DNA of 50,594 nt from Candidatus Bathyarchaeota archaeon (GCA_014729935.1 WJJB01000243.1:1-50594), one strand, 5' to 3'. Positions 19,564 to 29,087 are shown, counted from the stretch's first letter. Translations and numbers: made by a program. Notes: generated by a model from the letters alone, not told the origin.

Positions 19564-21003
19564 TCAGGCAAATTGCGGGAGCCATTGCTTTTCTGCATCG
19601 AGTAATTCGTCTGCAAGAGCCCGGGATTCCCTCGGTTCCAAGACTTGGGAGATATGGGGGTCAAGCATCATGGCATATCGCAAGTATTCAGGTTCCCTCG
19701 TCTTGCACGCCAAGACAACAAGTTCCTGCACCCTGATATTTGATTGGCAGAGTGCCGCGCATTGTGGGGGAAGCGCTCCATGATACGTGGGGACTACAGG
19801 TCTATCATGTCCCCATCCTGGCCGCATGGCCATGCACGGCACCTCGACGCAGCATCCCTGGGGAAGGTTGGTGATCAACCCGTCATTTCGAACATTGCCA
19901 TGAAAATAGAAGGTCTTTGGTAATATATTCGCGCCCAAGTCCGTCTCGCAAGCTTCGATGATCCAACTCGCGTATTCATTACTCGCTTGGTTCGGGATCA
20001 GGAATGTCTTATCATTGTTCATGCGTTCTTCAAATTTCTCCTTATCGGTACTTGGCGACCATTTCCTTGCACCATCAAGTTTCCTGTTATCCAATCCAAC
20101 CCGTGTATCGTGGAAGTACCGTTTCCTCAGGTCTTCCCTTACACGCACTGGAAATGGCAAGTATTCACTCAAATGACCGCTGGACTCGGTACAAAAGTAG
20201 CCGAATTGATACATGATCTCCCTTCTTAGCGTTTCCGAGAGTTTACCTGAAGATGGTGGTGGTTCTTCCTCTAAATTTTCCCTGATAACTGGATACGCGT
20301 TCCTCCATTCCCCCGTTTCAAAATCTTTCATGCGCAGATCAGTGTACCATGCCATGTGGTTGATACCCACGCACGTGTATGCAAACTCGTCGGGGGTAGC
20401 TCCGCACCATGCCCTGAGAAGTATTGCAGTGAACCACGTTCCATGGCACAATCCGACACAATGCAGGTCATAACCCTCGTCCTCGATGTGATCGGCCATT
20501 GCCCAGGTGTTCATTGCCATCGGGTTTGAATAATTCAACAATAACGCACCTGTTTTGCTCACATCTGCCATGTCATCAAGAATGCTCTTGAGGACGGGAA
20601 TGGTACGCGCTCCCCGCATGATACCTCCTGCGGACATCGTATCATTGACATTCGCCGCGAGAGTACGACCAACTTTTTCACCATACTTTAACGGAAGTTC
20701 TGCATCAAGCACGATGGCTTTTGAGCCACCAGGATGGATCATGGTGATGCAATAACCAGCTTCCTTTAGCGCGTTCCGCCTGTCTGTTGTTTTCGTGAAG
20801 GTCAAGGGCAGGTCAGGATTGCGTTTTTTCATCTCCGTGGCGATATCATGCATGTACCCCAATCGTTTCTCATCGATATCCATTAGGGCAATTTCAGTTC
20901 CTTCCAATGGAGATTCCGGTGCCATCGCGTGTGCCGCGATATCCTTGATCATGCGAAGACCGAATGCATTTGATCCCGCTCCGATTATTGTAATTTTAGT
21001 CAT
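19564..21003 (-). CDS. Glycoside hydrolase family 4 (NAD/Mn-dependent alpha-glucosidase/alpha-galactosidase type)
   Basis: MTKITIIGAGSNAFGL is the Rossmann motif. Also present are EIALMDIDEKRL, the NYSNPMAM motif and VGLCHGT. The start is re-set to ATG 21003, because the 27-aa extension in the ORF track is unlikely. Confidence 0.8.
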   Translation of the reverse strand: MTKITIIGAGSNAFGLRMIKDIAAHAMAPESPLEGTEIALMDIDEKRLGYMHDIATEMKKRNPDLPLTFTKTTDRRNALKEAGYCITMIHPGGSKAIVLDAELPLKYGEKVGRTLAANVNDTMSAGGIMRGARTIPVLKSILDDMADVSKTGALLLNYSNPMAMNTWAMADHIEDEGYDLHCVGLCHGTWFTAILLRAWCGATPDEFAYTCVGINHMAWYTDLRMKDFETGEWRNAYPVIRENLEEEPPPSSGKLSETLRREIMYQFGYFCTESSGHLSEYLPFPVRVREDLRKRYFHDTRVGLDNRKLDGARKWSPSTDKEKFEERMNNDKTFLIPNQASNEYASWIIEACETDLGANILPKTFYFHGNVRNDGLITNLPQGCCVEVPCMAMRPGWGHDRPVVPTYHGALPPQCAALCQSNIRVQELVVLACKTREPEYLRYAMMLDPHISQVLEPRESRALADELLDAEKQWLPQFA

Positions 21004-21133
21004 GTAATTTTCATCTCGATAAGTCCATGCAATTGATTCTTCTAATCTCACCTTCTTAAAAAAAAGTAGCTTGGAAAGGCCCAAGCGTGCTTTGGTAGCA
21101 TGACTTTTCTTTCACCGTGGTAAAAATCATATC

Positions 21134-21886
21134 ATGAATTATCTGGTAAAACAGGTTAATCCTTTCAATGACGAGGAAATTCTTCAGGAAACAAAAGAAT
21201 TATACCTGTCCTCTTTCTCCATCGAATTATTGGAGACGTGGGATGATTTATTGCGTCTTTTGAAAAAATACCATCCCTATTCCTCCGATAAACCCGATTT
21301 ACACAAGAAAATGGGAATGTTGTGTGCCTTAAAGGATGGACATGACAATAATACCATAACCGGGTTCCTGATTTTCACCGTGGATACATCAAATAATTGG
21401 ATATTCCTTGATTATCTCGCTGTAAAGCCTGAAATGATGGGCATGGGAATAGGAACCTTCTTAATCAAACAGGCATATCCGTTCGCCTACAAGTGGTCAG
21501 GATTAAAAGGAGCAACCTTCGAGTTCAAGGCATTGTTGGGAGAAATTGAGCCCATTAATCCCCATGTCCCTTATGAAGCTAGTATCATTAATCGAAGAAG
21601 GAGAAAATTCTTCCACAGGTTAGGATTTAAAAAACTTGATGTCAAGTATTTTCAACCTGATATTGGTATCAAGGATTCCCCCGTTCAACTTGATCTCATC
21701 ATTAAACCTATAACCTGGCTACCGCCATACACTCCTGGGGAGATAAGAAGATTTATCAAGGAGATTTACAAGGTGATTTACGAGCTTGACGAAGCTGGCG
21801 TGAATGCATTGCTCCCGGCTATGAATGGAATTGACAACAACCGTGAAATACATGTCTTACCGCTTCACTCACCCGAGTCACCATAA
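21134..21886 (+). CDS. GNAT-family N-acetyltransferase
   Basis: Motif A is YLAVKPEMMGMGIGTFLIKQA (Q/R-x-x-G-x-G/A type), followed by FHRLGFKK. Confidence 0.65.
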   Translation: MNYLVKQVNPFNDEEILQETKELYLSSFSIELLETWDDLLRLLKKYHPYSSDKPDLHKKMGMLCALKDGHDNNTITGFLIFTVDTSNNWIFLDYLAVKPEMMGMGIGTFLIKQAYPFAYKWSGLKGATFEFKALLGEIEPINPHVPYEASIINRRRRKFFHRLGFKKLDVKYFQPDIGIKDSPVQLDLIIKPITWLPPYTPGEIRRFIKEIYKVIYELDEAGVNALLPAMNGIDNNREIHVLPLHSPESP

Positions 21887-24031
21887 TGATATTTTCCGTC
21901 GCTTCAAGAAATAATACAACTGGGATGTCATTGTGAACAAGATCACGAAAGCAACTAGTACAATTAGTTTCAATTCATCATTCCATGAGAATACAGGAGC
22001 AATATAATCTATCGCAGCAGTAATTGCAATAATTGAGAGTATCGAGTTGAGAAATTCCAAGAGCTTGTTCCTAAATTCTTCCTTCAAGGCATCAAAATTC
22101 TCCACGATACCTCGCGTCATTTCAAGCAGGTTCCGGTGCGTGTCAATAACATATCCATGAGTTGTTTGAATATCCTTCATGATGTCAAATGCTTCCATCC
22201 TTTGGAGAATTTTATCCAGCATTTCGGAATGATCTTGATATTTAGTGAGGTTGATTGAATTGAGGGTCTCAGACGCAAGCAAGGTTATATTGGAAAATTC
22301 ATTTATATCAATGGATTTTTGAGTCATTTCCTTTAGGATATTGTCAAGTTCTTGTTTCCGTTCCCTTTGAATCTCTTCAACCACGCGATCGGAAAATACC
22401 TTTAAATTCTCCTTTTCAAAGGTCATGATGCTCTTCAACTCGAACAAAATTGTGGAGATATTAAAGGCATATTCTATCGTTTTGCGTATTTCATTAATGA
22501 TGTAGGTGGGAACCCCTGGAAAATAAAGAATAGCGTGGTTTTTGGTAGTGATAAACGTGTTTTCTGGGTAAGCTTTCATGTATGCCAAGTTAACTGCTTG
22601 TGGTTCCTTGTAATTTATCCAATCATATGCAGTGGGTGTACTTTCGCGTGGGGGCATGATTAATCCTTTCATGTAAGGGTGATGCTGGAGTGTTTCAAAA
22701 TCAGTCACTTTAATGTATGCTCCTTCATTGAGTGTCCCATTTCTCGCAAGCTCGCTCACGTTCTCCAATGGAACCAATATGAGCTCATTGATGTCAATGT
22801 ACGAAAACCAGCACGTAGATTCAGAATATCGCCAATCGCTGAGAGGAAGTGATGAATCCACCACGTGCTTACAAATCATTTCGATTTTATCAAGGAGGGC
22901 TTTTGCGAGGTCCAGGAATGAATGATATATTTCACCATCAAGTATGAAATCGAAATTACCAGAATAAGAGCTAGGGATGGTAAAAAAATTTCTCACTTGA
23001 TTGATTTCCGTGAATCCTATTGGGAATTGCAATCGGAAAAAGCCTGAACCAAAGAAATTGAGGAAGAGATCGAGGTGAGCATTGATTTCTTTAAACGGGT
23101 GCCTTATTTTCACCGTGGAAAACCCTATGGTCAAGCATTCCAGAAATTTTTTCCCGTAATTTGATAAGAATATATCAGGCAATATCGTTTTTTCAACGAA
23201 GGTAACAGCATCGAGATTTTTCATAATTTCTTCCTTCAATACCATTTCTTTCTTGAATAGAGAATCAGCCCACTTCTGGCCATAGTAAAAAGCCTTGTTG
23301 AGGTACAATGTTGCGTCTTTTACCATGAGGTGATTCTCGATTGAAGATTCCAATTCTTGATGTTTTTTCAGGATATAATAATGTGCATCAATCTCGGAAT
23401 ATTCATCAATGTAACCCATATCCTTAAGCTTTTTGGTAATATCCTTCAATTCATGCAACTTGGTGGGTATATCTCTCAGGAATTTGATTGGATCTCGGTC
23501 TTTCAATATGAGTGAATCTGCTAGTATCTTGAAACCCATTGCATAATACATGTTTCGCTTGAAGCTTCCCTCTGTAAATACCTTTAATGACTTAAAATGT
23601 TGTATTTCTTCGTTGTCCAAGATTTTCTTAGTTGAATGAATTATATTCTTGGCATTTTTTCTAATTCCAATAAAATCGTTTATTAACAAACCTCCATCTA
23701 ATTCAAGGCAATTTTTTAATTGATTCACGTGCTCCTCAAGCACGGTAAAAATGATTTCGCTAATATCACCACAATCCATGGCTCTCATGCATGATAAATC
23801 TTCAATGGATTGTTTTATGTAGGTTAATATTTCGGAATACTCGTAAGATGTATTCCAGACATGGTGTGCTTTCGTGTAGTTACAAAAGTATGAGATGAAA
23901 TGCCTCAAGAAGGAGTTGGAACACTCTTGTTTCATCCTGAGCCCGGTAAATAATGCGCCCTCAAAATCCTCGTTTTCCATCCTTTCCAAGATGGGCTGCA
24001 GGAACTCAAATAGTTCATCAATATTCATCAT
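21878..24031 (-). CDS. Large helical protein with a C-terminal two-TM hairpin of CorA-like topology
   Basis: The protein is 717 aa. A long coiled-coil-like segment leads into LNSILSIIAITAAIDYIAPVFSWNDELKLIVLVAFVILFTMTSQLYYFLKRRKISLW. This gives TM1, a short loop, TM2 and a basic tail, arranged like CorA but with SWN where CorA has GMN. Confidence 0.4.
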   Translation of the reverse strand: MMNIDELFEFLQPILERMENEDFEGALFTGLRMKQECSNSFLRHFISYFCNYTKAHHVWNTSYEYSEILTYIKQSIEDLSCMRAMDCGDISEIIFTVLEEHVNQLKNCLELDGGLLINDFIGIRKNAKNIIHSTKKILDNEEIQHFKSLKVFTEGSFKRNMYYAMGFKILADSLILKDRDPIKFLRDIPTKLHELKDITKKLKDMGYIDEYSEIDAHYYILKKHQELESSIENHLMVKDATLYLNKAFYYGQKWADSLFKKEMVLKEEIMKNLDAVTFVEKTILPDIFLSNYGKKFLECLTIGFSTVKIRHPFKEINAHLDLFLNFFGSGFFRLQFPIGFTEINQVRNFFTIPSSYSGNFDFILDGEIYHSFLDLAKALLDKIEMICKHVVDSSLPLSDWRYSESTCWFSYIDINELILVPLENVSELARNGTLNEGAYIKVTDFETLQHHPYMKGLIMPPRESTPTAYDWINYKEPQAVNLAYMKAYPENTFITTKNHAILYFPGVPTYIINEIRKTIEYAFNISTILFELKSIMTFEKENLKVFSDRVVEEIQRERKQELDNILKEMTQKSIDINEFSNITLLASETLNSINLTKYQDHSEMLDKILQRMEAFDIMKDIQTTHGYVIDTHRNLLEMTRGIVENFDALKEEFRNKLLEFLNSILSIIAITAAIDYIAPVFSWNDELKLIVLVAFVILFTMTSQLYYFLKRRKISLW

Positions 24032-24111
24032 TCAAACCTTCAAATCGTATATCTCCCGGGAGATTCGATATATCGTAGAATATTTATTGTGAATACTTTG
24101 CTTGATTTTTA

Positions 24112-24163
24112 TTTATCCATGCCCGAGAAAACCATCCAGTTCATGGGGTGGACAAACCGGGTA
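24112..24163 (-). repeat. Degenerate reverse-oriented copy of the hairpin/T-tract repeat (type B-like)
   Basis: TTTATCCATGCCCGAGAAAACCATCCAGTTCATGGGGTGGACAAA aligns, with gaps, to the reverse complement of the 30238 copy (TTTATCCATTTTGCGAAAGAAAACCCGCCCC...GGGCGTGGCAGTT). Confidence 0.35.
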
Positions 24164-24196
24164 ACCCGCTTCAAACATTGGTATATACCCAACATT

Positions 24197-24284
24197 GAAC
24201 TTGGATGTCCTAAAGAAGGGTGTAGCGAAATTCATCCCGCAACTAAAGGTGCGTTATTTTCTTTCGCGAAAAATGATAAATAAG
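24197..24284 (+). repeat. Degenerate forward copy of the hairpin/T-tract repeat (R2, type B)
   Basis: GAACTtggatgtCCTAAAgaagg...caACTAAAGGTGCGTTATTTTCTTTCGCGAAAAATGATAAATAAG compares with GAACTGCCACGCCCTAACTAACAAAAGGGGCGGGTTTTCTTTCGCAAAATGGATAAAAAG at 30238. Confidence 0.5.
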
Positions 24285-24427
24285 CACCGTTCCAAAGATT
24301 TCCTGGACGTTCGACATGTCACCATATTTATACCGTGTGGTAATTCATATCGAAACATAATCCTAAACAGTTTCCTTTATTTGCAATTGGAAGCTTGTTT
24401 TATCAAGCAAGAAGAAAAGTCGTGATA

Positions 24428-24763
24428 ATGATGGAAGAGATACATGGTAAGGCGGATTTTCTGCAAAAAGTATCATCTGCCAAGGTAGTGGTGATAGATT
24501 TTTCAGCAACTTGGTGTGGGCCATGCCAGATGCTTACCCCCATCTTGAAAGACCTTTCGCAGGAATTCAAGGAAAAAGGCTCTCCTGTTGCATTTTTTGG
24601 GTGTGACGTGGATGAAAATCGGGAAGTCGCAACGGAATTCAAGATTACCGCCGTCCCGAGCGTGGCAATGTTCAAGAATGGCGAATGGCAATCTGATCTC
24701 ATTGTTGGTGTCAGGGGAAAGGATACCTACCGGAACGAGATAGAGAACCTGTTGAAGGATTAA
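24428..24763 (+). CDS. trxA: Thioredoxin
   Basis: The active site is WCGPC, with the context VVIDFSATWCGPCQMLTPIL and ITAVPSVAMFKNG (cis-Pro loop). The ORF-track TTG start at 24395 is replaced by the ATG at 24428 (MMEEIHG). Confidence 0.85.
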   Translation: MMEEIHGKADFLQKVSSAKVVVIDFSATWCGPCQMLTPILKDLSQEFKEKGSPVAFFGCDVDENREVATEFKITAVPSVAMFKNGEWQSDLIVGVRGKDTYRNEIENLLKD

Positions 24764-24978
24764 AGTTGGTACCTCAATTCTTTTTCTACGGTACATGCCA
24801 AGGTGTCCAGTTTTTCATTTTTGCAGTATCGTGCAAGATGGGTCGGGATGAATTGAAAGGAAATTGTCACGGCGCGTGAACATTTGAGGGGATGCTGGAT
24901 TATTGAACATTCAAGGCAAGAGGATTGGCACGGCTTGCTGCATTAATCTGGTGAAGGATGTAATAATCTCGAGCAAAA

Positions 24979-24988
24979 GGATAAAAAG
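24979..24988 (+). promoter_or_regulatory. TATA-like box upstream of the 25016 gene
   Basis: GGATAAAAAG lies about 30 nt upstream of the GTG start. The position fits a leaderless or short-leader archaeal promoter. Confidence 0.25.
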
Positions 24989-25015
24989 TAGCCTGTATTC
25001 ACGTTCCTGATTACA

Positions 25016-26185
25016 GTGAATACGGTAGAGGATTTCGTGAAATCTCACGTGTTATCCTGCCAGCAAAGGATTTCACTACTGCGAGATGCCTCCGTTAAGA
25101 TCTGGAACAAGCTATTCAAAACACCTTTTGAGTTGCAAGAACACTGCAAGGCCTCTTGGGAGGAAATGGCTGGCAAGATCGGTTCAAGGATCAAGCCACT
25201 AGTGCCCGTGGATGATTCGGTTCCAGTTGGGAATTTAATTTTCGGTTCGGGAAGTTTCTCGACTGGGAAATTTCAAGCGGGAGAATTCAAGCGAATGGAA
25301 GCAACACTGGATGCACCACCGGTCTCGCTGCTTGGGATCGTCACCAATAAGTCAATCGAACACGGTTGCAACGCGGCAAGGGTCGCCTCGGATTTTTTAT
25401 ATCCCTTGGTCGAATTAGACTTTAAAAATTGGTACCAAGAACATGTCGATGCAAGTGAAACCCATCCAACAAGAGCAACAAGATATTGGTTCCGGAAAAA
25501 CGATCCTGCCAAGCCGGATGGGGAAGACCTTGCAAGACGATTCAAGATCCGCCAAGAGCATTTTCATGGTGATCTGGGTGATTTAATAGATGATACCATT
25601 GGATTAGATGCCAGCAGTGTTTCTGCCAGGGGATATAATTTTCAATTCTGCAGCTCGATTTTCAAACACCAATCTATTCTTCCGCACATCAATGACACGC
25701 ATCCTGCCGATCTATCCTTCGTGGACGGTAGGACCGGTGAAAAACTTTATCCCGGCTGGCAACAGGGGGCCATTGAATTAATGCTGCAAGATGGCCACGA
25801 TCGCTTCAGGGGGAGCTTGATAGAGGTAGATTTCATGGATTCCGTGGATCAAATCCATGATTTGGACGAGGGAGCCCTTCTTGCGTTGGGTGAAGGAGTA
25901 AGTATTAAGGATTCACACGAAAAATTACCTGCCAAAGCCATACAAGATGCCATGAAACTTGTGGATGATTTTACCTTTTGCATGCTTGAACCAACGGGTT
26001 TAATTCTTGCGTGGGGGATAACTGAAGATCCAGTAGACGTCACGTTCAAAACGCTAGATGGAACGTCCATGATCATCAATCAGCGGGGAATAATCGTTGG
26101 TGATACCATGAAAAGCGGAAAGGAAGCTTGGGGCACTAACTTGGTGCGGGATCTTGATGAGCTCGTTCGATTCCTTGAATCATGA
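25016..26185 (+). CDS. Hypothetical protein (389 aa); no family recognised
   Basis: It is a long ORF with protein-like composition, and the antisense ORFs over it are short. GTG start. No motif was identified. Confidence 0.5.
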   Translation: MNTVEDFVKSHVLSCQQRISLLRDASVKIWNKLFKTPFELQEHCKASWEEMAGKIGSRIKPLVPVDDSVPVGNLIFGSGSFSTGKFQAGEFKRMEATLDAPPVSLLGIVTNKSIEHGCNAARVASDFLYPLVELDFKNWYQEHVDASETHPTRATRYWFRKNDPAKPDGEDLARRFKIRQEHFHGDLGDLIDDTIGLDASSVSARGYNFQFCSSIFKHQSILPHINDTHPADLSFVDGRTGEKLYPGWQQGAIELMLQDGHDRFRGSLIEVDFMDSVDQIHDLDEGALLALGEGVSIKDSHEKLPAKAIQDAMKLVDDFTFCMLEPTGLILAWGITEDPVDVTFKTLDGTSMIINQRGIIVGDTMKSGKEAWGTNLVRDLDELVRFLES

Positions 26186-26200
26186 ACCGATAGTTCTTTT

Positions 26201-26259
26201 GAACTACCACGCCCTAAACTAAACTAAAGGACGTGGCTTTCTGGCGGAAAACGGGTAAA
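26201..26259 (+). repeat. Intergenic hairpin/T-tract repeat, type A copy (R3)
   Basis: The sequence is GAACTACCACGCCCTAAACTAAACTAAAGGACGTGGCTTTCTGGCGGAAAACGGGTAAA. The CCACGCC/GGaCGTGG stem is followed by CTTTCT. It starts 15 nt after the stop of the + gene 25016-26185. Confidence 0.85.
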
Positions 26260-27288
26260 TGACTCAAGAGCCTTGAGTTCATCCGTGGTCCATTTCCGTG
26301 CCAGCTTGAATTGCGGGTGAAACTTGATTCTTGTAATCATTCCATCCAAGCTCTCACCGACTAAAATCGTCTTTTCATGCTCATGATCCCCAAGACCCAG
26401 TTCCCCTGCCCTTTGGATGTATTTGAAACTCTCCAGGGGCATCCCAATCATCCTTGCACAAGCGGCATCGACGGCGATGGTATCCGTTCCAGCAATCGTG
26501 ATCCCCGAGAGGGCTTGGCATGCAGTTCCCCGCCGTGGCCCTGCACCCTCCATGATGGTCGAACCATCGATGACCGTGAGATCTGGTGGATGGCAGGCGT
26601 GCATGCGCACTAAATTTACCGCGAGAGCAACCTTGCTTGCACCAGTGTTTATCTCCCTCGACAAGAAATGGGGTTTCTTCCTTGAAAACCCATGCATGTA
26701 TCCTTTCACGTCTCCTCTCGCCAGTATTTCTTGGCTTACCTTGTTCCTTGCTGAAACAAGCCCCCCCATCATGTTTTTCAATCCAAGCGTCACGCCAAGG
26801 ACATCATGCGTCTTGAATTTCGCAGCGGAGACTGTGAAAGATTCAATGCAAGTCTTCGCGATTCCAAGCTCGATGCCACGTGGCGCCTCGTGGTTGATGA
26901 TATCAAACCATTTCCCTGGTTGATCTTCATGCAAGTCGATCAACGCCCATTGATCCTCATGTTCCTTGAACCCGTGTCTTTCAAGTGCAAGTATTGTGGA
27001 GGGGTTTTTGTCTGAAGCGTAGGTCGTGCCCTCACCCACGACCACGGTATAATCACCCAAGTCGTAAAAGAAATCAGCAATGGCTTTGCAATGTTCGACG
27101 GTTGTATTGCAGATGTGGTTGAGGTCTGTAGAGAGCAGGTTGGGCTTGATCAGGACCTGGCCCCGTGAAGCATTCTTGAATTTCTCTTGAAGTGCAACCT
27201 TTATTGGATTTCTAATCAAATCCAGTGCATTGCGGACCGATTCGCTGGTATCGGCGTGTTTCGTGATAGCAACTCTATTTTTCGCCAC
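26224..27288 (-). CDS. DUF362-family protein
   Basis: VLIKPNLLS, KFKTHDVLGVTLGLKNMMGG, VIDGSTIMEGAGPRRG and IAGTDTIAVDAACARMIG fit the DUF362 pattern. The last 12 codons (FTRFPPESHVL*) are encoded inside repeat R3. Confidence 0.7.
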   Translation of the reverse strand: MAKNRVAITKHADTSESVRNALDLIRNPIKVALQEKFKNASRGQVLIKPNLLSTDLNHICNTTVEHCKAIADFFYDLGDYTVVVGEGTTYASDKNPSTILALERHGFKEHEDQWALIDLHEDQPGKWFDIINHEAPRGIELGIAKTCIESFTVSAAKFKTHDVLGVTLGLKNMMGGLVSARNKVSQEILARGDVKGYMHGFSRKKPHFLSREINTGASKVALAVNLVRMHACHPPDLTVIDGSTIMEGAGPRRGTACQALSGITIAGTDTIAVDAACARMIGMPLESFKYIQRAGELGLGDHEHEKTILVGESLDGMITRIKFHPQFKLARKWTTDELKALESFTRFPPESHVL

Positions 27289-27311
27289 TCTTCAAACCCT
27301 TCTGGGACATT

Positions 27312-27941
27312 TCAAAGAAATGATTCAATCTCTCTCTTGATCTTCATCACCCGGAGATTAGCCCTGATGAGGAATTGGGTCCGGCCGTGCTTCCTAAACC
27401 AACGCCCGAACCGTTTCTTGAGGGGAACCTTGAATCTTCCAATGGCATGTTTATCAGCCAAGCAAACGATCTTTTCCTCCAAGGTCTTTGGAATCAAGGA
27501 TTCATTAACTGTATTTCCTATTTTCTCGGGAAATTCTTTCTTGATCTCGTCCAACGTGAAGCCCCCTAAGACATGCGTCATGGTGCACCGGACGACACGT
27601 TCATCTACACCCATGTCCCTGAGCATTAATCCACCGATGTAACCATGTTCTATTCCATGTGTCTTGGTCCTACCGATATCGTGCAGTAATGCTGCTGCAT
27701 TGATAACATCTAGGTTAATGCTCGGAAGTTCCCGCGCATCTTTCAACTCATCCACGATCTTCATGGCGATGTCCCGAACGACCTTGGAATGAGCAACAAT
27801 GTTCTCCCGGAGATGAAGGTCGGTCAGGATCTGAAGCGCTTGGTCCGATGTTGGGATTGTTCCAGAAAATTCAAGTTTTTCTCGTGATGCCAAATCATCC
27901 ATTGGTAATGATGAGGTACTAGTGGACAAATAAATAGGCAC
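27312..27941 (-). CDS. HD-domain (HDIG-type) metal-dependent phosphohydrolase
   Basis: AHSKVVRDIAMKI and AALLHDIGRTKTHGIEHGYIGG supply the H...HD...H motifs. Confidence 0.7.
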   Translation of the reverse strand: MPIYLSTSTSSLPMDDLASREKLEFSGTIPTSDQALQILTDLHLRENIVAHSKVVRDIAMKIVDELKDARELPSINLDVINAAALLHDIGRTKTHGIEHGYIGGLMLRDMGVDERVVRCTMTHVLGGFTLDEIKKEFPEKIGNTVNESLIPKTLEEKIVCLADKHAIGRFKVPLKKRFGRWFRKHGRTQFLIRANLRVMKIKREIESFL

Positions 27942-28011
27942 CTATCAGGTTTCATGTCCATGGTGAACCGAGATCTTCATATCCAACCAAAACCTTCTCA
28001 CCGTGGTCTTC

Positions 28012-28932
28012 ATGAGGGAGTCGTTTATAGCCCCGGAATGTTGTTCGTGCTTGATTGAAACTGCATTCAAGTTTCTCAAGACAGGCACGCGTGACTACAA
28101 GCATGTTCTTCAAGGAATGCGGGAGGCACTCGATCTTCTTGAGAAGGAATTTTCCGAGGATAATTATACATTCCTTGTTGGGAACAAGCTCGCACGCCAC
28201 GTTCATCAATTTCTCAAGGAGGAGAACCCAGATATTTTCAGGGATATCAAGGATAAGAGCAATGAGGTTTGCCTTTCCATCTTCCCTGATCTAACAAGGA
28301 AATACGAAGAGATACAGGATGAATGGAAAAAATTCCAATATTGCATCGCTGCTGGTGTTGCAGGAAACGTTATCGACGTTGGCACTGCAGGCCATGATTT
28401 CTCCCTGGAACCGGAAGAGATCTTCAAGATAATCAATCAGGTGCAGCATGATGGGTTTGCGGTGGATGATTCCCGCGTTCTCTTTGAACTGATCAAGAAC
28501 GAGAAGGTTCATCATTTCCTCGTGATGCTTGATAATGCTGGTGAAATCGTGTTTGACAAGTTACTCTTGAGATTCTTGAAAGAACACGTGAAAGAGGTTA
28601 CATGCATGGTGCGTGGCGGCCCCATTGCCAACGATGCAACACTTCACGATGCAATTTCTGCCGGGATCGATGAATGGTGCGACGGGTTCTTGGAAACGAC
28701 CATTCCCTCCTTGGGATACACGATACCTGATAATGATGCAAAAGTGGTGAATGCAGTGAATTCCATGGATGTCGTGATTGGAAAGGGACAGGCGAATAAT
28801 GAAACACTCTCAACGTATGCCGACGAAATCGATGTGGAACATGTATTTGTTTTGTGCAAGGTGAAATGCACCACTGTCTCCCGGTGGAAGAAAGTGAAAA
28901 AGGGTGACAACCTATTGCAGAAAGTGAAATGA
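28012..28932 (+). CDS. DUF89 (ARMT1-like) damage-control phosphatase family protein
   Basis: Motifs seen are the N-terminal CCSCLIETAF, MLDNAGEIVFDKLL, GGPIANDAT and GKGQANNETL. The start is re-set to ATG 28012; the ORF track gives GTG 28003. Confidence 0.75.
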   Translation: MRESFIAPECCSCLIETAFKFLKTGTRDYKHVLQGMREALDLLEKEFSEDNYTFLVGNKLARHVHQFLKEENPDIFRDIKDKSNEVCLSIFPDLTRKYEEIQDEWKKFQYCIAAGVAGNVIDVGTAGHDFSLEPEEIFKIINQVQHDGFAVDDSRVLFELIKNEKVHHFLVMLDNAGEIVFDKLLLRFLKEHVKEVTCMVRGGPIANDATLHDAISAGIDEWCDGFLETTIPSLGYTIPDNDAKVVNAVNSMDVVIGKGQANNETLSTYADEIDVEHVFVLCKVKCTTVSRWKKVKKGDNLLQKVK

Positions 28933-29087
28933 AGGACATCATCGTGGCAAAGGAATTACCATTAGAAAGCTATATCTTGGACCAAGAACCTTGCTAGATT
29001 TTTTAGAGATAGTAATGAAAAGATTTAGCAATTTCACCATGTTTAACAATTGTTTTTCAAAATACAAACGTGCTAGTGAATTATGTG

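Noticed and set aside
24089-24425. ORFs 24089-24283 and 24195-24425 in the region between the 717-aa gene and trxA
   Set aside because: They are largely encoded by the degenerate repeat copies (e.g. ...ATKGALFSFAKNDK), have no RBS and use TTG/GTG-type starts. They are more likely non-coding.
26190-26222. The GGGCGTGGTAGTTCA string (reverse strand of the repeat) resembles a tRNA acceptor stem plus D-arm, suggesting a tRNA gene or tRNA-derived att site
   Set aside because: No T-arm (GTTCRAATC-type) and no anticodon stem or complementary 3' acceptor strand follows in any copy. The sequences diverge immediately outside the repeat. The similarity on the other side of the hairpin argues for a self-contained repeat.
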